In this document: positions 60,301 through 61,560 of the stretch, piece by piece
How the letters are laid out: every line of letters starts with the position of its first letter
Position numbering within the stretch: position 1 is the stretch's first letter
DNA from: Catajapyx aquilonaris
Taxonomy: Eukaryota
Length of the DNA stretch: 61,560 nucleotides
Direction of reading: 5' to 3'
NCBI GenBank assembly: GCA_000934665.2
Contig: KZ538563.1
Span: 1-61,560 of the forward strand
Notes under the pieces: model-generated
Seen by the model: the letters and a program-made list of their open reading frames with translations, nothing else
Databases searched by the model: none
What the model was told of the DNA's origin: nothing
Made by a program: the position numbers and the translations under genes

Positions 60301-61219
60301 ATAATTGGGTTTCAATCATTTGTCAGTATTGTGACAAATAACTGAGATTTCCTGTAGGTTTCAGTGTTGCAACCAAAGGCCACCTGTTTTGTTGGTTGTG
60401 GAACATGTAGTCTCTGATGTCTGACATGCAGCCACTTATTTCAGGAACGAGAGCCGCTTTGGTCAATACATTGCGACAGACCCTGATACAGCTGGAAAAT
60501 AATATTCCTGCAACTCTTATGCACACAAACTGGCACCTTCTACGGAAACCGTGGATGCTAGCTGTGACATCAGCAGTCAATCCATGGGAGTTTTCTCGAG
60601 CTGTGATTGTATTGGAAACCTGCATCAGGCCTGTTGTATATAATCCCGTATGGAGTGAATACCTGGGTAAGTGGATAAGTTATATGAAGGACACAAGAGA
60701 GGTGACTGTATATTTGTTCCTTACAGGACATGTTCGCCTAGAGAGGCTTACTGCAGCTGAGCGAGAGGAGCGGAAAAAAATTGACAAGAAAGAAAAGAAA
60801 GAGAAGGAGGAGGAGGAAGAACGCAACAGGCTGGCAGTTCATTTTGTGAAGTATCCCTTAGGATTAAAGCACAATGTGAGTGTTAATTACCTTCATGATG
60901 TGCCTTTGAATATTAATTTTATTGTTACTGTGTGTTCTCCAGATATGGAAGCAGAAAGGTGAAGAATATCGAATCCATGGACAGTGGGGTTGGTTGTGGC
61001 TCTCAGCAACTCGGACATATCGTTTGGTAGATGCTCGCACTGTGGGTCTTCGAGCAGGTCCTGCTAAGTATGCAAGCCTCAAAGTGAAGCAGGAGAAACT
61101 TGTTTCTGAACTAGATCCTGAAACAGGGGAACTGAGAGATGTGCCATGTAGTAGCTCAGTGTGTGATGAGCCTAAGACACGATTTCAAGCTGATGATGTA
61201 CTGAATGGGTTCCCTAAGG
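26105..61219 (+). CDS. BPTF: BPTF / NURF301 (E(bx)) nucleosome-remodelling factor subunit, 5' part (~975 codons, 11 exons, continues beyond the window)
   Basis: Exons 26105-27107, 34816-34976, 41125-41246, 42975-43183, 45132-45439, 45512-45614, 48406-48594, 52900-53082, 60445-60666, 60727-60875, 60943-61219. All are GT-AG with a consistent phase chain. Motifs: AT-hook RGRPPK-like, DDT (LRLSPFRFEDMCAAL), PHD, LGFDRHGRKYWFL, EERDKRRHLSHKFSLT, WKQKGEEYRIHGQWGW. Confidence 0.95.
27772..28976. repeat. Long inverted repeat (~480-bp arms) surrounding an N gap
   Basis: 27772-28250 is the reverse complement of 28503-28976, with scattered differences. Confidence 0.8.
30351..31252 (+). mobile_element. 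Internally rearranged mariner with ~200-bp inverted arms and a 5' transposase fragment
   Basis: tacgagggtggttcagtaaataacc terminus; peptide ILTGDECWVHHFQPETKRSSKEWRH; frameshifted and truncated. Confidence 0.85.
31729..32612 (+). mobile_element. Non-autonomous Helitron
   Basis: A|TC 5' end (tctctctatctataaataaggaagtttgtgag); 3' hairpin acccgggcaacgctgggt followed by CTAG|T; no TSD. Confidence 0.75.
32750..33708. mobile_element. Probable pogo-like non-autonomous element with a 17-bp tandem repeat (ggcacagtggtccatga x~4)
   Basis: The tandem at 32755-32818 and inverted tggaccactctgcccc...cccctac near 33680-33708. Confidence 0.5.
34107..34676. mobile_element. Palindromic mariner-derived MITE
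   Basis: gagggccatactaaaatga / tcattttagtatggccctc termini; inverted arms of ~230 bp. Confidence 0.8.
34816..34976 (+). CDS. BPTF: BPTF exon 2 (PHD finger 1)
   Basis: YDDHCRVCQRLGSLVCCETCTGVYHLHC...WQCGIC; cag| and |gtaag boundaries. Confidence 0.93.
35482..37792 (+). mobile_element. Intact IS630-Tc1-mariner DNA transposon, Sailor (DD82E-like) type, in BPTF intron 2
   Basis: ~351-bp TIRs (35482-35832 / 37442-37792) with about 3 mismatches seen by eye, TA on both flanks, and one uninterrupted transposase ORF. Confidence 0.92.
35980..37362 (+). CDS. DDE transposase (DDE_3-like, DD83E)
   Basis: YLDETW...VMDNASYHS...LAPYHCILNPIEMIW with 83 residues between the second D and the E; N-terminal HTH-like region; first ATG at 35980. 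Confidence 0.92.
   Translation: MAEDLPTTPKRKSPFLVVGRGRKLNSSAISMAKNVHQYVSDVVKNRGDLPSANIIGEVSEATGISRITVRKALAVDMKRYSTPTKAKVFKTKYAFDAIDDFTLRWTIYTMYNQKNECPTSKTVLDEMKRITKDTDNPFPYTSKSTVARLMKSMGFKYKRSERKSARAESLEIVAWRYRYIREIRKLRADGYKDIYLDETWYDTHTCKMKNWTDDTENCAIQIPGGKGDRIVILHCGGRNGFVEEAMFVTHKQMADAPADYHGTMNSGIFEEWFEEKLLKRLDHPSAIVMDNASYHSRVLNPKPSMAWRKDRLVEYMVKNNIPQPEIKTKEEMMLAIKRQPCYYLKSHAVDELAAQYGHVVVRLAPYHCILNPIEMIWSQIKRRVAAHNIRQQPRDSVVRFLEESMSLVTSTQCQNYVSHVEDIEDDYLKLQPADDDAPRLQFIVTESDDSDSSDRSSDDE
38815..40956. mobile_element. piggyBac-type non-autonomous element with a palindromic interior
   Basis: TTAA|ccccttcgctaccag ... ctggtagcaaagagg|TTAA; 38830-39680 is largely self-complementary. Confidence 0.75.
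39681..40935 (+). mobile_element. Decayed hAT (Buster/Charlie-type) element nested near the piggyBac right end
   Basis: tggtttccaacc / ggttggaaaccactg ends; 8-bp TSD gcctagct/gcctaact; remnant peptide LAYFAAMVEELNVLNASLQG. Confidence 0.75.
41125..41246 (+). CDS. BPTF: BPTF exon 3
   Basis: LPGVSDCV...LGFDRHGRKYWFLCRRIFV; gcag| and |gtaagt. Confidence 0.9.
42138..42580. mobile_element. Tc1/mariner-type MITE; an inverted, interrupted copy lies at 45993-47237
   Basis: ta|c(a/g)gggtgaagggaaac ... gtttcccttcaccctg|ta. Confidence 0.85.
42975..43183 (+). CDS. BPTF: BPTF exon 4
   Basis: EEVWYYSTSQQFEDLL...RQMEITEKLT; phase-consistent splice sites. Confidence 0.9.
43663..44104. mobile_element. MITE with long TIRs
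   Basis: gctggtcc...ctggatgtagagtccgaatacc / ggtattcggactctacatccag...ggaccagc flanked by TA. Confidence 0.75.
45132..45614 (+). CDS. BPTF: BPTF exons 5-6 (45132-45439, 45512-45614), Glu-rich low-complexity region
   Basis: Open E/K/R-rich frame; ttag|, |gtaag, aag| and |gtatt sites give phases 1-0-1. Confidence 0.75.
46373..47175. mobile_element. Young CAGGGTG-type MITE carrying a SINE in its left TIR
   Basis: Near-perfect TIRs, TA flanks, SINE 46465-46815 with TSD attatgtctg. Confidence 0.88.
48406..48594 (+). CDS. BPTF: BPTF exon 7
   Basis: IVTRSKTGSFQPR...RLTRNKTQQIAAG; phase 1-1. Confidence 0.8.
49351..49697. mobile_element. Tigger/MER2-like MITE; a second small Tigger-like MITE lies at ~49810-49987
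   Basis: ggttgagaatcccttatc / gataaaaggattctcaac ends. Confidence 0.6.
50028..51601. mobile_element. Non-autonomous hAT (Buster/Charlie-type) element with a nested inverted-repeat element at ~50240-51080
   Basis: cagcgtttctcaacc / ggttgaaaaacgctg TIRs and perfect 8-bp TSD ctctagat. Confidence 0.85.
52715..52839. mobile_element. PIF/Harbinger (Tourist-like) MITE
   Basis: TTA|gggccggtttcaccgagc ... gctcggtgaaaccggctc|TTA. Confidence 0.8.
52900..53082 (+). CDS. BPTF: BPTF exon 8
   Basis: FFKLGMEGTYKAYTNMY...EERDKRRHLSHKFSLT. Confidence 0.92.
53612..54250. mobile_element. Palindromic MITE (~280-bp arms); a second copy starts at ~61227 and runs off the window
   Basis: acaaccaaagtaacttttcttaccctcctgaa / ttcaggagggtaagaaaatttactttggttgt. 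Confidence 0.85.
54412..56081 (+). mobile_element. Decayed Tc1 element with ~255-bp TIRs
   Basis: tacttgcccaacaccaatgaagttcgcc TIRs; remnants MVWGCMGSVGLG, IFQRD and DLNPIE with frameshifts. Confidence 0.85.
56248..57372. mobile_element. CAGGGTG-type non-autonomous element; its internal ~56680-57080 segment also occurs at ~11820-12230
   Basis: ta|cagggtgtttcactaagtagtcc ... ggactacctagtgaaacaccctg|ta. Confidence 0.8.
60445..61219 (+). CDS. BPTF: BPTF exons 9-11 (60445-60666, 60727-60875, 60943-61219)
   Basis: TLRQTLIQLENNIP...KPW; GHVRLERLT; IWKQKGEEYRIHGQWGWLW; short introns of 60 and 67 nt. Confidence 0.92.
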
Positions 61220-61560
61220 GTGAGTTCATCTCACAACCGAAGTGACTTTTCTTACCCTCCTGAATTTTGAAATTTTTTGGATTTTCTAATTCTGCTTGGC
61301 CTATAGTGCTGAGAAAACATCACCTCCGCTGCTAATTTCCACGTTAGCAGGGTGAAAATACTGCCAAACGGCGAAGTTCGGAAGCCACAACACTTGCACC
61401 CAGTCGCGAGTCGCCGGCCATCGCCAACTAGGGATAAATAGGGTACAGGCAGGCGGTAAAGGTCCGCCATCTTGATGGTTTTGCCATGGCACTTCACGGC
61501 AAGAACACGCGCGAATTTGAATATTTTCGCCGTATGAGCTCCATTAATGCACTTTTCTAC

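Overview
This is eukaryotic (arthropod-like) genomic DNA that is very rich in transposable elements. Three host genes can be assembled by hand from GT-AG exons with consistent reading phases. (1) A divergent calcyphosin-like EF-hand gene (+, 8405-14260) has a 30-bp tandem repeat expanded inside one EF loop. (2) A compact AIMP2 gene (-, 25222-23405) has a last exon that runs in frame from the GST-like domain into a complete ProXp-ala/PrdX (YbaK-family) tRNA-deacylase domain. This apparent scaffold-editing fusion is the most notable feature of the window. (3) The 5' ~975 codons of BPTF/NURF301 (+, from 26105, running off the window) lie head-to-head with AIMP2. Introns and intergenic DNA contain an intact DD83E Sailor-type IS630-Tc1-mariner element with ~350-bp TIRs. 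They also contain decayed mariner, Tc1 and hAT copies, many nested MITEs and a Helitron. Several tRNA-derived SINE families share a covarying 3' stem-loop with a LINE remnant. Protein family calls rest on recalled motifs, not database searches.
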